From a virus (Duplodnaviria; Heunggongvirae; Uroviricota; Caudoviricetes), in the IMG/VR virus record IMGVR_UViG_2531839524_000004: 64,000 bases of DNA; one strand, 5' to 3'. How positions within the stretch are numbered: the stretch's first letter is position 1; each line of letters starts with the position of its first letter. The position numbers and the translations under genes were made by a program. The notes below the pieces were generated by a model. It did not search any database. It was given only the letters and a program-made list of their open reading frames with translations, and was not told the origin of the DNA. Of the stretch, positions 27,397-36,909 are shown piece after piece.

Positions 27397-27860
27397 AATA
27401 CGATGCGCATCAGTTCAAACGTGCGGGGAATAGACTCAATAACAGCCAGAAAGCATTTAAGCGATATCTTATTCGGGACATGGAAAAGCTGGCGCGTTTG
27501 GTTGAGCGTCTCAGCCGTGCAATGGCCCCGCTGGAAACCGGATCTCTGGAGACAGCCATCTTTGCCAGGGTGATTAAAGAAGGTTATTCAGGGCTGCGCA
27601 TTGAGCTTTCTGTGTCTGGAGCAAAACCACGTCAGGGGCATCCGGGCGTAGAAGTCGGTGACTATGCTAAGTACATGGAGCTGGGTAAATACCGACTCGG
27701 TTATCTTTCTCGAATGAAGAACGTGACAAACCCACCAATTGCCGGTGTTAAACCTCGTGTTGGGCCACACTTTCTGGAAAGAGCGGTGGAAATTAGCGAG
27801 AAGCAGTTCTCAGAAGCGATTCTTGAGGCTGCCAGAAAAGCCGGTTTTACGAGAGGTTAA
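27387..27860 (+). CDS. hypothetical head-tail joining protein
   Basis: ORF track, 157 aa. Confidence 0.4.
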   Translation: MGLKYDAHQFKRAGNRLNNSQKAFKRYLIRDMEKLARLVERLSRAMAPLETGSLETAIFARVIKEGYSGLRIELSVSGAKPRQGHPGVEVGDYAKYMELGKYRLGYLSRMKNVTNPPIAGVKPRVGPHFLERAVEISEKQFSEAILEAARKAGFTRG

Positions 27861-27861
27861 T

Positions 27862-28245
27862 GTGTTTATTGAAGCGTTTGCAAGTTTGATGCAGAAGGCA
27901 AAGATTGGCACGGTCGGGGCTGACATTTTCTGTCACTACTTGCCTGCCAATGTGAAATCTGGCGTCCTGCTTATTAACCCAAATACCGGTATCAGCATCG
28001 ATCATGAGCTACAGGGCTTTTACCACGAATCATTCACAATAATTGTGCGTGGTTCGTCAATTACTACGACGGTTGAGAAAGCCAATAAAATCATTGAGAT
28101 GTTTCCAGTAGAGGAAACGGAATCTGGTGGTGTTTATTTTCGACTGGTACGACCGATGGCGATGCCAATCATTTATCCCAAAAATGATGGAGCATTAATA
28201 GAAGCAGGCATTCCTGTTGAATTTGCTGGCTATTTATTGAATTAA
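27862..28245 (+). CDS. hypothetical tail completion protein
   Basis: In-frame GTG right after the upstream stop (VFIEAFASLMQ...); the ATG at 27739 would overlap the preceding gene. Confidence 0.4.
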   Translation: MFIEAFASLMQKAKIGTVGADIFCHYLPANVKSGVLLINPNTGISIDHELQGFYHESFTIIVRGSSITTTVEKANKIIEMFPVEETESGGVYFRLVRPMAMPIIYPKNDGALIEAGIPVEFAGYLLN

Positions 28246-28319
28246 GTTAATCGGTAAGTATATACTTATTGTTAGCGCAATGAATGCGTAGAATTAACGG
28301 AAAAAGGAGTTTTCCATCA

Positions 28320-29066
28320 ATGTCTAATACCCATGTAAAAAACATCAAACTTGGTGCCTGTAAGGTGTCGTTTGGTGGTGTGGATTTGGGTTACACCAAA
28401 GGTGGGGTTCAGGTTGAAGTAGCCACTGAAACGCTGAAAGTCACCGTCGATCAGTTGGGGCAGACCGTAATTTCCGAATTAGTTCAGGGGCGCAACATTA
28501 CCATCACCGCGCCTCTGGCTGAGTCTGTACTCCAAAACATGGTTGACCTGATGCCTGGTTCTACTCTGAGCGAAGATGACAACTCTGTCACGATCACATC
28601 TGCACAGGGCGTTAATCTGATTGATGTGGCGAAGGAGCTGGTTCTGACTCCGCAGGACACCACCGACTATGTGTTGACCATCCCGAAAGCGGCAACCGCG
28701 GGCAACTTCACTATGACCTACCAGTCTGATGATGTTCGTGTGTTCTCTGTTCAGTTCAGCGCATACCCGGATGATGAAGGCGTTCTGGGCAAAATGAGCG
28801 GTCCTAAACCGGTAAAAACTGTGTCGATCTCACCGGAATCTCCAACCGTAAAAGCTGGAGAAACTGTGCAACTGACAGCCGAAATCACTCCAGCTGATGC
28901 CGCAGACAAAACCGGTGTTTGGGAATCCGAAGACCAGGAAAAGGCCACGGTAGATCAAACGGGTCTGGTACGTGGTGTGGCGCAGGGTTCTACAAATATC
29001 TCCTTCACCAGCAATAGCGGTGGTAAGAAGGCAACTAAGTCAGTAACGATTAACTCCGCAGGTTAA
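28320..29066 (+). CDS. major tail protein with C-terminal Ig-like domain (putative)
   Basis: Start at MSNTHVKN after RBS AAAAAGGAG; C-terminal about 85 aa repeat of the Big_2-type domain; precedes chaperone and tape measure genes. Confidence 0.65.
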   Translation: MSNTHVKNIKLGACKVSFGGVDLGYTKGGVQVEVATETLKVTVDQLGQTVISELVQGRNITITAPLAESVLQNMVDLMPGSTLSEDDNSVTITSAQGVNLIDVAKELVLTPQDTTDYVLTIPKAATAGNFTMTYQSDDVRVFSVQFSAYPDDEGVLGKMSGPKPVKTVSISPESPTVKAGETVQLTAEITPADAADKTGVWESEDQEKATVDQTGLVRGVAQGSTNISFTSNSGGKKATKSVTINSAG

Positions 29067-29079
29067 TCAGTAATTAAGC

Positions 29080-29106
29080 AGAGGCTCAGGATGAGCCTCT
29101 CTTTTA
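29080..29106 (+). terminator. hairpin after the major tail gene
   Basis: agaggctca-gga-tgagcctct followed by CTTTTAAAA. Confidence 0.5.
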
Positions 29107-29121
29107 AAAGGATTTTAACCA

Positions 29122-29439
29122 ATGACCAAATTACTCGATCTCGATTCCATTCTGCCTCCGAAGAAAAGCATCAAATTTGGCGGTCAGGAATATCCCATCG
29201 TTGAAATGACGGTAGGTCTGTTCGTTTCCATCAAGCAGATGGAAGGCAAAGATCTCATGAACATGTCTCCTGTTGAGCAAGTGACAGCTTATGCAGATCT
29301 GGTTCGTAAGGTTATCCCTTCAGTACCTGACGAAGTTCTTGAAAAACTGACTGTTCCGCAACTCCAGCAGATCTTCACCTTCGCTATGGAAGTGATTGAT
29401 GAAGAAAACGAAAAAGCGGCTGGCGAAGGGGCAAAGTAA
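29122..29439 (+). CDS. tail assembly chaperone (G-like, putative)
   Basis: 105 aa, acidic, immediately upstream of the tape measure gene. Confidence 0.55.
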   Translation: MTKLLDLDSILPPKKSIKFGGQEYPIVEMTVGLFVSIKQMEGKDLMNMSPVEQVTAYADLVRKVIPSVPDEVLEKLTVPQLQQIFTFAMEVIDEENEKAAGEGAK

Positions 29440-29789
29440 TTTCCCGCGATGAATCCGGGACAAGGACCGTCTCAATAGATCTCGGATTCTATTTCAGTCG
29501 TGTAGTTGCTCACTACGCCGTGTCGCCATTAGAGCTACTGAACGTTCCTCTCACGATGTTCTGGATGCTCAGTCGCAATATAGACCGTCTGCGTGCGGAA
29601 GAGGATGTCCGCAACTTACAAGTCGCTCGTGCGTCCCAGGCGGATGGCGAGGCTGTGAAGGCGTTCATGGAGGGTTTGCAACTCAGGATTGGAAGACCAG
29701 TCGTAACAGATAAAGTCTACGATCCAAGCCAGGATAAGGCAGACCCTGACGCCAAAGAGCAACTGATGCAAATATTTGGCAGAGGATGA
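29403..29789 (+). other. possible -1 frameshift extension of the tail chaperone (GT-like)
   Basis: The -1 frame is open from 29403 to 29789 and bridges chaperone and tape measure genes; A-run GAAAAAG at 29410-29416 near the chaperone 3' end could be slippery; alternatively an independent GTG-initiated ORF from 29520. Confidence 0.3.
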
Positions 29790-32700
29790 CAAGGGAATGT
29801 CACAAAACGTAGAGTTTATCCTGTCGCTGGAAGACAAACAGTTTACAGCGTCAATCGATCGTGCGGGGAAACTGCTTACTCGATTTGGTGAGCAGGTAAC
29901 AAAGCCTGCTCAAAAAATCCAAACCTTTGAACGCTCTTTGGGTTCGGTCGCCCGTATCATTGGCGTTCTGGAAAGCAAGCTCGATTCTACGGCAGATAAA
30001 CTACAGGATGTAGCTGCCTGTTTTGAGCTTGCTTCAGATGCTACGCGTAAAATGCGTGGCAACATCACCAGCCTCAATTCTGGTCTTAAAGCCCTGATTG
30101 AGCGCGTCGATACGACAACTTCTTCAGTAGATAAACTCACCGCGTCATTACGTAAAGTGCAATCAGAGCTAAATGATTTCTCTGATTGGGCGCCCTATGC
30201 AAGCAAAAGCGCAAGCCGCTTTGGTACGGAGGTCAAAGAAGCCTCTGCGTCCGTGAGTGGCATGAATACGCGCCTTAATACCACGACGAAGCGACTCAGT
30301 AATTGGGGTGTCACAACGAGTCAGGCTGCCGAGGGACTGAAAAAGGTTCGTGAGCAGATGGACGAAGTTATCGGACGTCAGCAACTGATTAGCAAGCCGG
30401 TACGCGTTCGTACATCTGGAAGTGGTGATGGTGGTAGCGGGCGGCGTAGCGGCGCTTCTGGCCATAGCGGTAAAAGTAACGAAGGAGGTATGTTCTCTGG
30501 CCTGCGTGGCAACATTTTCCTGCTTGGCGAGATCGGAGATGCAGCCAGAACGGTTACTGACATCATGTTTGGGTGGCAGAAGCCTATTGTTGAAGCTGCG
30601 GCCGAAATGGAACGTATGCGGGTGATGCTTCGAGGGTTGAATAAGGAGAAGTCCAACCCGGGCCAGGCTGCCGCTGATGATATGAAGTACATCGTAGACA
30701 TGGCTCAAAATGCGCCGTTCGCGATGCAGGCGTTAACAGACTCCTTCGTGAAGTTTCGTTCTGCTGGCTTAGATCCAACCGATGGTTCTCTGAAGGCGCT
30801 GGTGGACTCCGTTGCTCGTTTTGGTGGTGATAGTGAGCTGTTGAAACGTGCGGCTGTGGCCGTTCAGCAGATGTCCGGTAAGGGCGTTGTGTCAATGGAA
30901 GAGCTACGTCAGCAATTAGGTGAAGCAGTTCCTAACGCGATGCAGGCAATGGCAGACGCCGCAGGCATCACTATGGGGGAACTGACTAAAGCCGTTGCCA
31001 GCGGTACGGTTGAGGCAAAACAGGCGTTGTCTCTGATGTTTGTTGGTCTGCGTGCGGAGAATGAGAACGCAGCGAAAGACATGATGCAAACCTACACAGG
31101 TGCGCTGGCGCAACTTCAGACGTCATTCACGTTATTTGCTGATCGGGTTGGTCAGGCCGGATATCTGGATTCTCTATCGAAGGGGATGAAAGAACTGGCT
31201 TCAATCATGAATAGCGCCGAAGGGATTTCGTTTGCCAATTCTGTAGGTTCGGGGTTAACAACGGCAATCGATGGGTTGCGTCAGCTTGCTCAATGGTTAG
31301 CAAAGAACCAAGAGCTGGTAATTAATCTCGGTAAGGTCGTGGCCGCGATGGTTGCGTTCAAACTGATGCGAGCAGGGATCATGGGGGTAGTTGGCGCTGG
31401 GAGCCAGATGGTTAGCACCTTTGCCACGATGGCGACCGCCATACAGACTCCATTTAACCTCGGCGCTACAGCAGTAACTCGATTCAATCGTGCGGCACGT
31501 ATGGGGCTGGCTCCGATCCCCTCTCTTATTTTCGCCATCCGTGGGGCGATTACGGGGCTTAAAGGCGCTTTTGCTGGATTAACGGCGTTCATTGCAGCAA
31601 ACCCTATAGGGGCAGCATTTACAGTTGCCACTGTAGCTGTTGCTGGCCTAATCACGTACATGACCATGCTCCGCAGCGAAACTTCAAAGGTCGTTGACGA
31701 GATTAGGAAAATACCAGAAGCGATGACAGCGGCCAAACGTGCACAAATGGCCGACCGCGCAGAAAAGCTCGAAAAGCAGATTCTTGCTGATCAACGAGCA
31801 TTAAAAACTGGTGAGGGTGTTAATTACGTATCTAACTCTGCCGGTGTTATTACTCACAAAGAGTCGAAGGCTGACATCGAAGCACGCCTGAAAAAAAATC
31901 AGGAGGAGTATCAAAAGATAACCGGCACGATAGCTCTTGGTGACGGCGCTGTAGCAAAGCGTTTGGCTAAAGAGGCTGCCGAATCTCAGATTGAGAAAAT
32001 TCGAGCGGAAAACCAGATTTTCGCGGCAACATTCGTGAAAGCCCGGCAAGAGGCTCTGGATAAGATCCAGAAAATCAATGATGACGGTTCACTTTCAGAT
32101 GACGAAAAGAACAAGCTATTGGCACCGTTACGTGAAACGGTAAACAAAAGCTATCTGGAGCCTGCGCAAAAACTGGTTGATTCACTTTCTTCTCGTAAGA
32201 ATGCGACCGAGAAGCAAATTGCGACTCTTAATGATCAGCTTGAAAAAGCCAAAAAGGATGGAAATACCGAGCAGATCCAGAAACTGCAAGGCAGTATTCG
32301 TGGTTATCAGGAGCATTTGGAAGCCGTTGCTCAGGAGCTGACTCAGGCAGAGTTCGAGAGAGATAACGCGGCCAAAACTGGTAAGGGCGTAATGTCAAAC
32401 CAGGGGACTGTTCTTGGGTTAGGTACAACTGATAAAGCTGCTCAGAAGGCGCTGGCGCAATATATGCGAAACCAGATGGATTCTGCGACTTATCAACGTA
32501 CTTTGCCTGACGGCACTCCGATGATGGACTTCGAAGGTAAGCCGATTATTGGGCCTAAACAACTCAAGACGCAGCTTAATTTGCAGAAAGCATCCAGCGC
32601 CAGCTCTCTGGAGAAAATGAGCGATGAAGAGCGTGCCGCAGCCATTGCTGCACTGACTAAAGCTCGTGAACAGGATGCCGCAGCCGCCGAGAAAGCAGCC

Positions 32701-34368
32701 CAACGATCAGCTAACGCCTCGCAGCGTGCGGCCAAGAAGGAACAGGCAGCGCAACAGAAACTGGCAGCCGGATACCAGAAGGCTCTGGACAAAGCCGATC
32801 AGCTTATGGGGCAAATGGGGGAAAGCTCTAAGGCTACGGTATCGTTTGATCAGTCTCTTCGCGATACAACGAAATCGCTGACAGATTTGGCTAATGCGGT
32901 TCCTAACGAGTTCATCACTCAAGAGATGATCGACAAGGCGAAAAAACGTCTTGAAGACCTCAAAAATGCGACACCTGAATATCGCGAGATGTTTAATCGC
33001 CGCAATGTTGAGCAGATGATCTCCACCTGGGCGCCGGAGGCGGATTCCATTATTAGTGCTGGCTATACGCCGTCTCGCGAAGAGAAAGTTGCTGATTTCG
33101 AAGACACCTACAACCGCAATCTCAAAGCGTTGATAGAACTTCGTGATAAGGCGTCTGATCCTAAAGTTGTGGCGCTTTATACAAAGAAAATCAATCAACT
33201 GATTGCTGCTGGCAATACCGCGCTTATTAAAGAGACGGGGACTGCGACGCAGAAGTTGGCACTGGAATACGAAAACCTGGCAGAGCAGATCGAAAGCACC
33301 TGGACTGATTTGTTTAGTGGCTTAACTGATGTCCTGACTGATTTCGTTATTAACGGGAAGATGAGCTTCTCCAGCCTATCTCAGTCCATTTTGAAAGATA
33401 TCACCAATATGGTCGTGAAGTCGCAAATCACGCTGCCTCTAATGAACATGTTGGGGATGGGAACCACCGCAGCTGGTAGTTCACAGAGTGGCAATTTGCT
33501 CACTGGAGTTGCTTCTGCCGTTGCCAATCAAGGTGTACGAATGGGCAACACTGTTAATGGCGACAAGTCGGTAGGAGAAGCCACGAAGGAGACGTCCAGT
33601 TCGGGAACTGGATTGGGGCAAACAACACAGCAGACCACCAGCGCAATTGGCACAGCAACAAATGCGATTGGTAGCTGGGTATCGGGGCTATTTGATAGCA
33701 CCGAAGCCAAAGATGCTGAGACAAAAGCAGTGAAGGACTCCATCTTCTCGATGCAGAACCTCAGCTCTGTTACCGGCGCTCTGTCTGCCGCGTTTGCAAT
33801 GCTTGGAGCTAATGCTTCCGGCTCTGGTAATAAGTGGTTGAATTTCGGCGCGACAGTTGCATCTGGTTTGGTTTCAGTATGGGCTGGTGGTGGATTCGAT
33901 GGATTGATGTCCGGTTCTTCTGGCTCAACTTCCGGGTTCAACAATCTGACCAGTTCTGCTGCCGATGGCACGAATGGTATTCCTGCAATTCCGAAGTTTG
34001 CAAATGGTGGCATATTCGGAAAAGACGGCGTGATCCCGCTCCGGGCATACCAGAAAGGCGGTATCGCCAACTCACCTCAATTGGCGTTGTTTGGGGAAGG
34101 CGATATGAATGAGGCGTATGTTCCATTGCCTGATGGTCGAACAATCCCTGTAACGCTCAGTACCGATGGTATGAGTGGAGGAGGAAATGTTCTTTCTCCG
34201 GTATCAATTGAGATCAACGTCCATAGTGACGGTAGCACAACTGAATCCGGCGATACAGAAAGCATATGGAACAATGCCGCTCAACGGATGAAAGCAATCG
34301 CGCTTGAGACTATCGCTCAAGAGAAACGCCCTGGCGGATCACTCAACCCAAACACTCAACGTAACTAA
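29776..34368 (+). CDS. tail tape measure protein
   Basis: 1530 aa, long helical regions and glycine-rich C-terminal stretches, placed between chaperone and M/L/K/I/J-like genes. Confidence 0.9.
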   Translation: MAEDDKGMSQNVEFILSLEDKQFTASIDRAGKLLTRFGEQVTKPAQKIQTFERSLGSVARIIGVLESKLDSTADKLQDVAACFELASDATRKMRGNITSLNSGLKALIERVDTTTSSVDKLTASLRKVQSELNDFSDWAPYASKSASRFGTEVKEASASVSGMNTRLNTTTKRLSNWGVTTSQAAEGLKKVREQMDEVIGRQQLISKPVRVRTSGSGDGGSGRRSGASGHSGKSNEGGMFSGLRGNIFLLGEIGDAARTVTDIMFGWQKPIVEAAAEMERMRVMLRGLNKEKSNPGQAAADDMKYIVDMAQNAPFAMQALTDSFVKFRSAGLDPTDGSLKALVDSVARFGGDSELLKRAAVAVQQMSGKGVVSMEELRQQLGEAVPNAMQAMADAAGITMGELTKAVASGTVEAKQALSLMFVGLRAENENAAKDMMQTYTGALAQLQTSFTLFADRVGQAGYLDSLSKGMKELASIMNSAEGISFANSVGSGLTTAIDGLRQLAQWLAKNQELVINLGKVVAAMVAFKLMRAGIMGVVGAGSQMVSTFATMATAIQTPFNLGATAVTRFNRAARMGLAPIPSLIFAIRGAITGLKGAFAGLTAFIAANPIGAAFTVATVAVAGLITYMTMLRSETSKVVDEIRKIPEAMTAAKRAQMADRAEKLEKQILADQRALKTGEGVNYVSNSAGVITHKESKADIEARLKKNQEEYQKITGTIALGDGAVAKRLAKEAAESQIEKIRAENQIFAATFVKARQEALDKIQKINDDGSLSDDEKNKLLAPLRETVNKSYLEPAQKLVDSLSSRKNATEKQIATLNDQLEKAKKDGNTEQIQKLQGSIRGYQEHLEAVAQELTQAEFERDNAAKTGKGVMSNQGTVLGLGTTDKAAQKALAQYMRNQMDSATYQRTLPDGTPMMDFEGKPIIGPKQLKTQLNLQKASSASSLEKMSDEERAAAIAALTKAREQDAAAAEKAAQRSANASQRAAKKEQAAQQKLAAGYQKALDKADQLMGQMGESSKATVSFDQSLRDTTKSLTDLANAVPNEFITQEMIDKAKKRLEDLKNATPEYREMFNRRNVEQMISTWAPEADSIISAGYTPSREEKVADFEDTYNRNLKALIELRDKASDPKVVALYTKKINQLIAAGNTALIKETGTATQKLALEYENLAEQIESTWTDLFSGLTDVLTDFVINGKMSFSSLSQSILKDITNMVVKSQITLPLMNMLGMGTTAAGSSQSGNLLTGVASAVANQGVRMGNTVNGDKSVGEATKETSSSGTGLGQTTQQTTSAIGTATNAIGSWVSGLFDSTEAKDAETKAVKDSIFSMQNLSSVTGALSAAFAMLGANASGSGNKWLNFGATVASGLVSVWAGGGFDGLMSGSSGSTSGFNNLTSSAADGTNGIPAIPKFANGGIFGKDGVIPLRAYQKGGIANSPQLALFGEGDMNEAYVPLPDGRTIPVTLSTDGMSGGGNVLSPVSIEINVHSDGSTTESGDTESIWNNAAQRMKAIALETIAQEKRPGGSLNPNTQRN

Positions 34369-34410
34369 CTATCGACTGCCCCGGTCGGGGCAGTCTCACA
34401 AGGATGTGAG

Positions 34411-34746
34411 ATGGAAAGACAAACGTTTAATTGGTATCCAGATTACGAATCTGAAAAAAGCGTAAAACCGAATGTAACGGTACTTAATTTTGGTGATGAC
34501 TACGAGCAGCGACAGGCTCAAGGTCTTAATCGTATTAAAGAAGAATGGTCGTTAACCTTTACCAGATCATACAACGAAATTAATGCAATCGATGACTTCC
34601 TGACTGAGCGATCAGGCGTTGAATCGTTCTATTGGGTTAATCCAAGAGGCAAGCAGATTGTAGTTGTATGTGACAGTCATACGGTCAAGCGATATCAGGG
34701 GTACTGTGTCTTAACTGCTACATTCAGACAAGTATTTGAGGCTTAA
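34411..34746 (+). CDS. minor tail protein (lambda M-like)
   Basis: 111 aa, first gene after the tape measure; size and order as in lambda M-L-K-I-J. Confidence 0.65.
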   Translation: MERQTFNWYPDYESEKSVKPNVTVLNFGDDYEQRQAQGLNRIKEEWSLTFTRSYNEINAIDDFLTERSGVESFYWVNPRGKQIVVVCDSHTVKRYQGYCVLTATFRQVFEA

Positions 34747-34825
34747 GTATCTGGATAAGTAAGTACTAATTTACTATCATTGTGGCGCTGACAGGATGTT
34801 AGCGCCTACTTATTTCAAGGATGAA

Positions 34826-35527
34826 ACAATGGGAATTAAAGCTGATATTCAGAGCTTATCTCCCTCTGCACTCATTGAGTTGTTCGTACTGGATATGTCG
34901 AACACAACTTCAGGGGGGAAGCTATTCTTCCACGCCGGAACAAACGAACTGATGCAACCGGTCGTCTGGCAAGGAGTGACATACGAGCCGTGGCCAATAA
35001 AAGCATCAGGCTTTGACAAAACGGGCCAGGGAACGTTGCCACGTCCAAAAATTCAGGTATCGAACTTTGCCGGAACCGTCTCTGCGGAAGTTCAGGCAAA
35101 CGACGATCTTGTTGGCTGCCGCATTATTCGCAAGATGACGCTGGCTCGCTTCCTCGATGCCGTTAATTTTAAAGACGGTAATCCAACAGCAGATCCAAAC
35201 CAACATTTCCCGGATGAAATGTGGTTTATCGAACAGAAAACGCTCGAAACTCATCAGGTTGTCGAGTTTGAGTTGTCCAGTGTGTTCGATTTGATGGGGG
35301 TGCAACTGCCGTATCGTCAGATCATTAAAAACACCTGCCCGTGGAAATACCGAGGGCCAGAATGCGGCTATACCGGTCCATATTTCGACAAAAATAACCA
35401 GCAGACGTCTATGTCTGGTGCTGATTACTGCACAAAACGTTATGACGCCTGTAATGCGCGTCGGAATTATTTTGCCAACGGAGTGATCCATTTTGGCGGG
35501 TTTATTGGAGCTACGCGATATGGGTAA
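34826..35527 (+). CDS. minor tail protein (lambda L-like)
   Basis: ORF track (34796-35527); start at MGIKADIQ after RBS AAGGA; C-terminal cysteine cluster CPWKYRGPECGY as in L-type proteins (from memory). Confidence 0.7.
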   Translation, partial: TMGIKADIQSLSPSALIELFVLDMSNTTSGGKLFFHAGTNELMQPVVWQGVTYEPWPIKASGFDKTGQGTLPRPKIQVSNFAGTVSAEVQANDDLVGCRIIRKMTLARFLDAVNFKDGNPTADPNQHFPDEMWFIEQKTLETHQVVEFELSSVFDLMGVQLPYRQIIKNTCPWKYRGPECGYTGPYFDKNNQQTSMSGADYCTKRYDACNARRNYFANGVIHFGGFIGATRYG

Positions 35528-36317
35528 TAAAGCAATCCCTGAGCTTGGCTCTGATGTTATGCAGCAAATCTATCTCTGCGCCATAAATCGCTACCCTAAT
35601 GAAGCGTGTGGCTTTCTGGTGAGAACTAATGGCGACAAATATCGCTTTATGGAAGCGCGAAATGTTTCGGAGAACCCGCAGAACACTTTTGTAATGCACG
35701 TTGACGACATTATAGCGGCAGAGGATGCAGGTGACGTAATCGCAATCTGGCATTCACATACTGATGAATCAGCAGAAGCATCTGATGCCGATCGTGCAGG
35801 CTGTGAAGCGACGGAAGTTCCGTGGATGATTCTGGCTATTCGCAAGAATGTTGAGGGAGATGCCCCTTTCCATTTTAGCGAGATGAATGTGATCACACCT
35901 GATGGTTTCGAAATGCCATACCTGGGTAGACCGTATGTATTTGGCGTATTCGATTGCTGGATGTTGTGTCGGGACTATTTGAAGCGTGAGTTTAACGTCG
36001 AGCTTAACCCGAACGCACACCTGCATATTCCATCGTGGTACACCGGCGATAACGACATTCTCGACCAGAACTACCGAAACGAAGGGTTGGTACGGCTTGC
36101 GCCTGGAACAGAGCCTCAACGTGGGGACGTCTTCTTTATTCAATACGGGAAAATGCCAGATCACTGCGCGGTTTATATCGGCGATGGAATGATTCTTCAT
36201 CACCAGATCGACCGTCTTAGTTGTCGTGCTTATTACGGCGGAATGTATCAGAAACATACGACGCATCACTTGCGTCACAGAGACTTGCTCAAGGGAGATG
36301 AGACGTGTCTGAGTTAG
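35520..36317 (+). CDS. tail assembly protein (lambda K-like; JAB/MPN plus NlpC/P60-type)
   Basis: HSH..ESAEASDADR metalloprotease-like motif and downstream Cys/His (CWMLCRDY ... HCAVYIGDGMILHH); start uncertain (35493/35520/35562). Confidence 0.65.
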   Translation: MGNKAIPELGSDVMQQIYLCAINRYPNEACGFLVRTNGDKYRFMEARNVSENPQNTFVMHVDDIIAAEDAGDVIAIWHSHTDESAEASDADRAGCEATEVPWMILAIRKNVEGDAPFHFSEMNVITPDGFEMPYLGRPYVFGVFDCWMLCRDYLKREFNVELNPNAHLHIPSWYTGDNDILDQNYRNEGLVRLAPGTEPQRGDVFFIQYGKMPDHCAVYIGDGMILHHQIDRLSCRAYYGGMYQKHTTHHLRHRDLLKGDETCLS

Positions 36318-36898
36318 TTCATGTGCAGCTTGGCGGACCTATGGCTAAACATTTTGGTCGCCACTGGCATCTAAAGGTGCGCAATACAAAACAGGCTCTG
36401 GATTTAATTGAAGCCAACAAGCCTGGGTTTAAAGCATGGATGAAGCGCAATATCAAAACCTATGACAGTTACCACATCCAGATCACCAATAAACAGGGCC
36501 ACAAGTGGTCTGTTGACGAAAGTGAATATCAGATGATGGGGCAGTCTGACAACATTGCCAAAATCCGCATTACACCTGTTCCGCGAGGAAGCGGTGGATC
36601 TGCTTTTGGGTGGTTTCAGACGGTAGTAGGGGCCGCTTTGTTGGTTGTATCGGCGGTAGTGATGCCTGCTTTAGCACCTCTCGGTTTGTCACTGATGATG
36701 GGCGGCATATCACAAATCATATCGCCGCAAGCCACTAACGAAAGTGTGAGACAGGCAGATAACTCGAACTCTTATTATTTCGACGGCCCTCAAAATACAG
36801 AAAACCAGGGCAACCCAGTACAACTTATCTATGGCGAGGAAATTCTGGTTGGCTCACAGGTTGTGAGTTCTTCAATCACGATTGACCAGCTAATGTAA
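36305..36898 (+). CDS. tail assembly protein (lambda I-like)
   Basis: 197 aa with C-terminal hydrophobic segment, between K-like and J-like genes. Confidence 0.6.
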   Translation: MSELVHVQLGGPMAKHFGRHWHLKVRNTKQALDLIEANKPGFKAWMKRNIKTYDSYHIQITNKQGHKWSVDESEYQMMGQSDNIAKIRITPVPRGSGGSAFGWFQTVVGAALLVVSAVVMPALAPLGLSLMMGGISQIISPQATNESVRQADNSNSYYFDGPQNTENQGNPVQLIYGEEILVGSQVVSSSITIDQLM

Positions 36899-36909
36899 AC
36901 AAGGATTTT

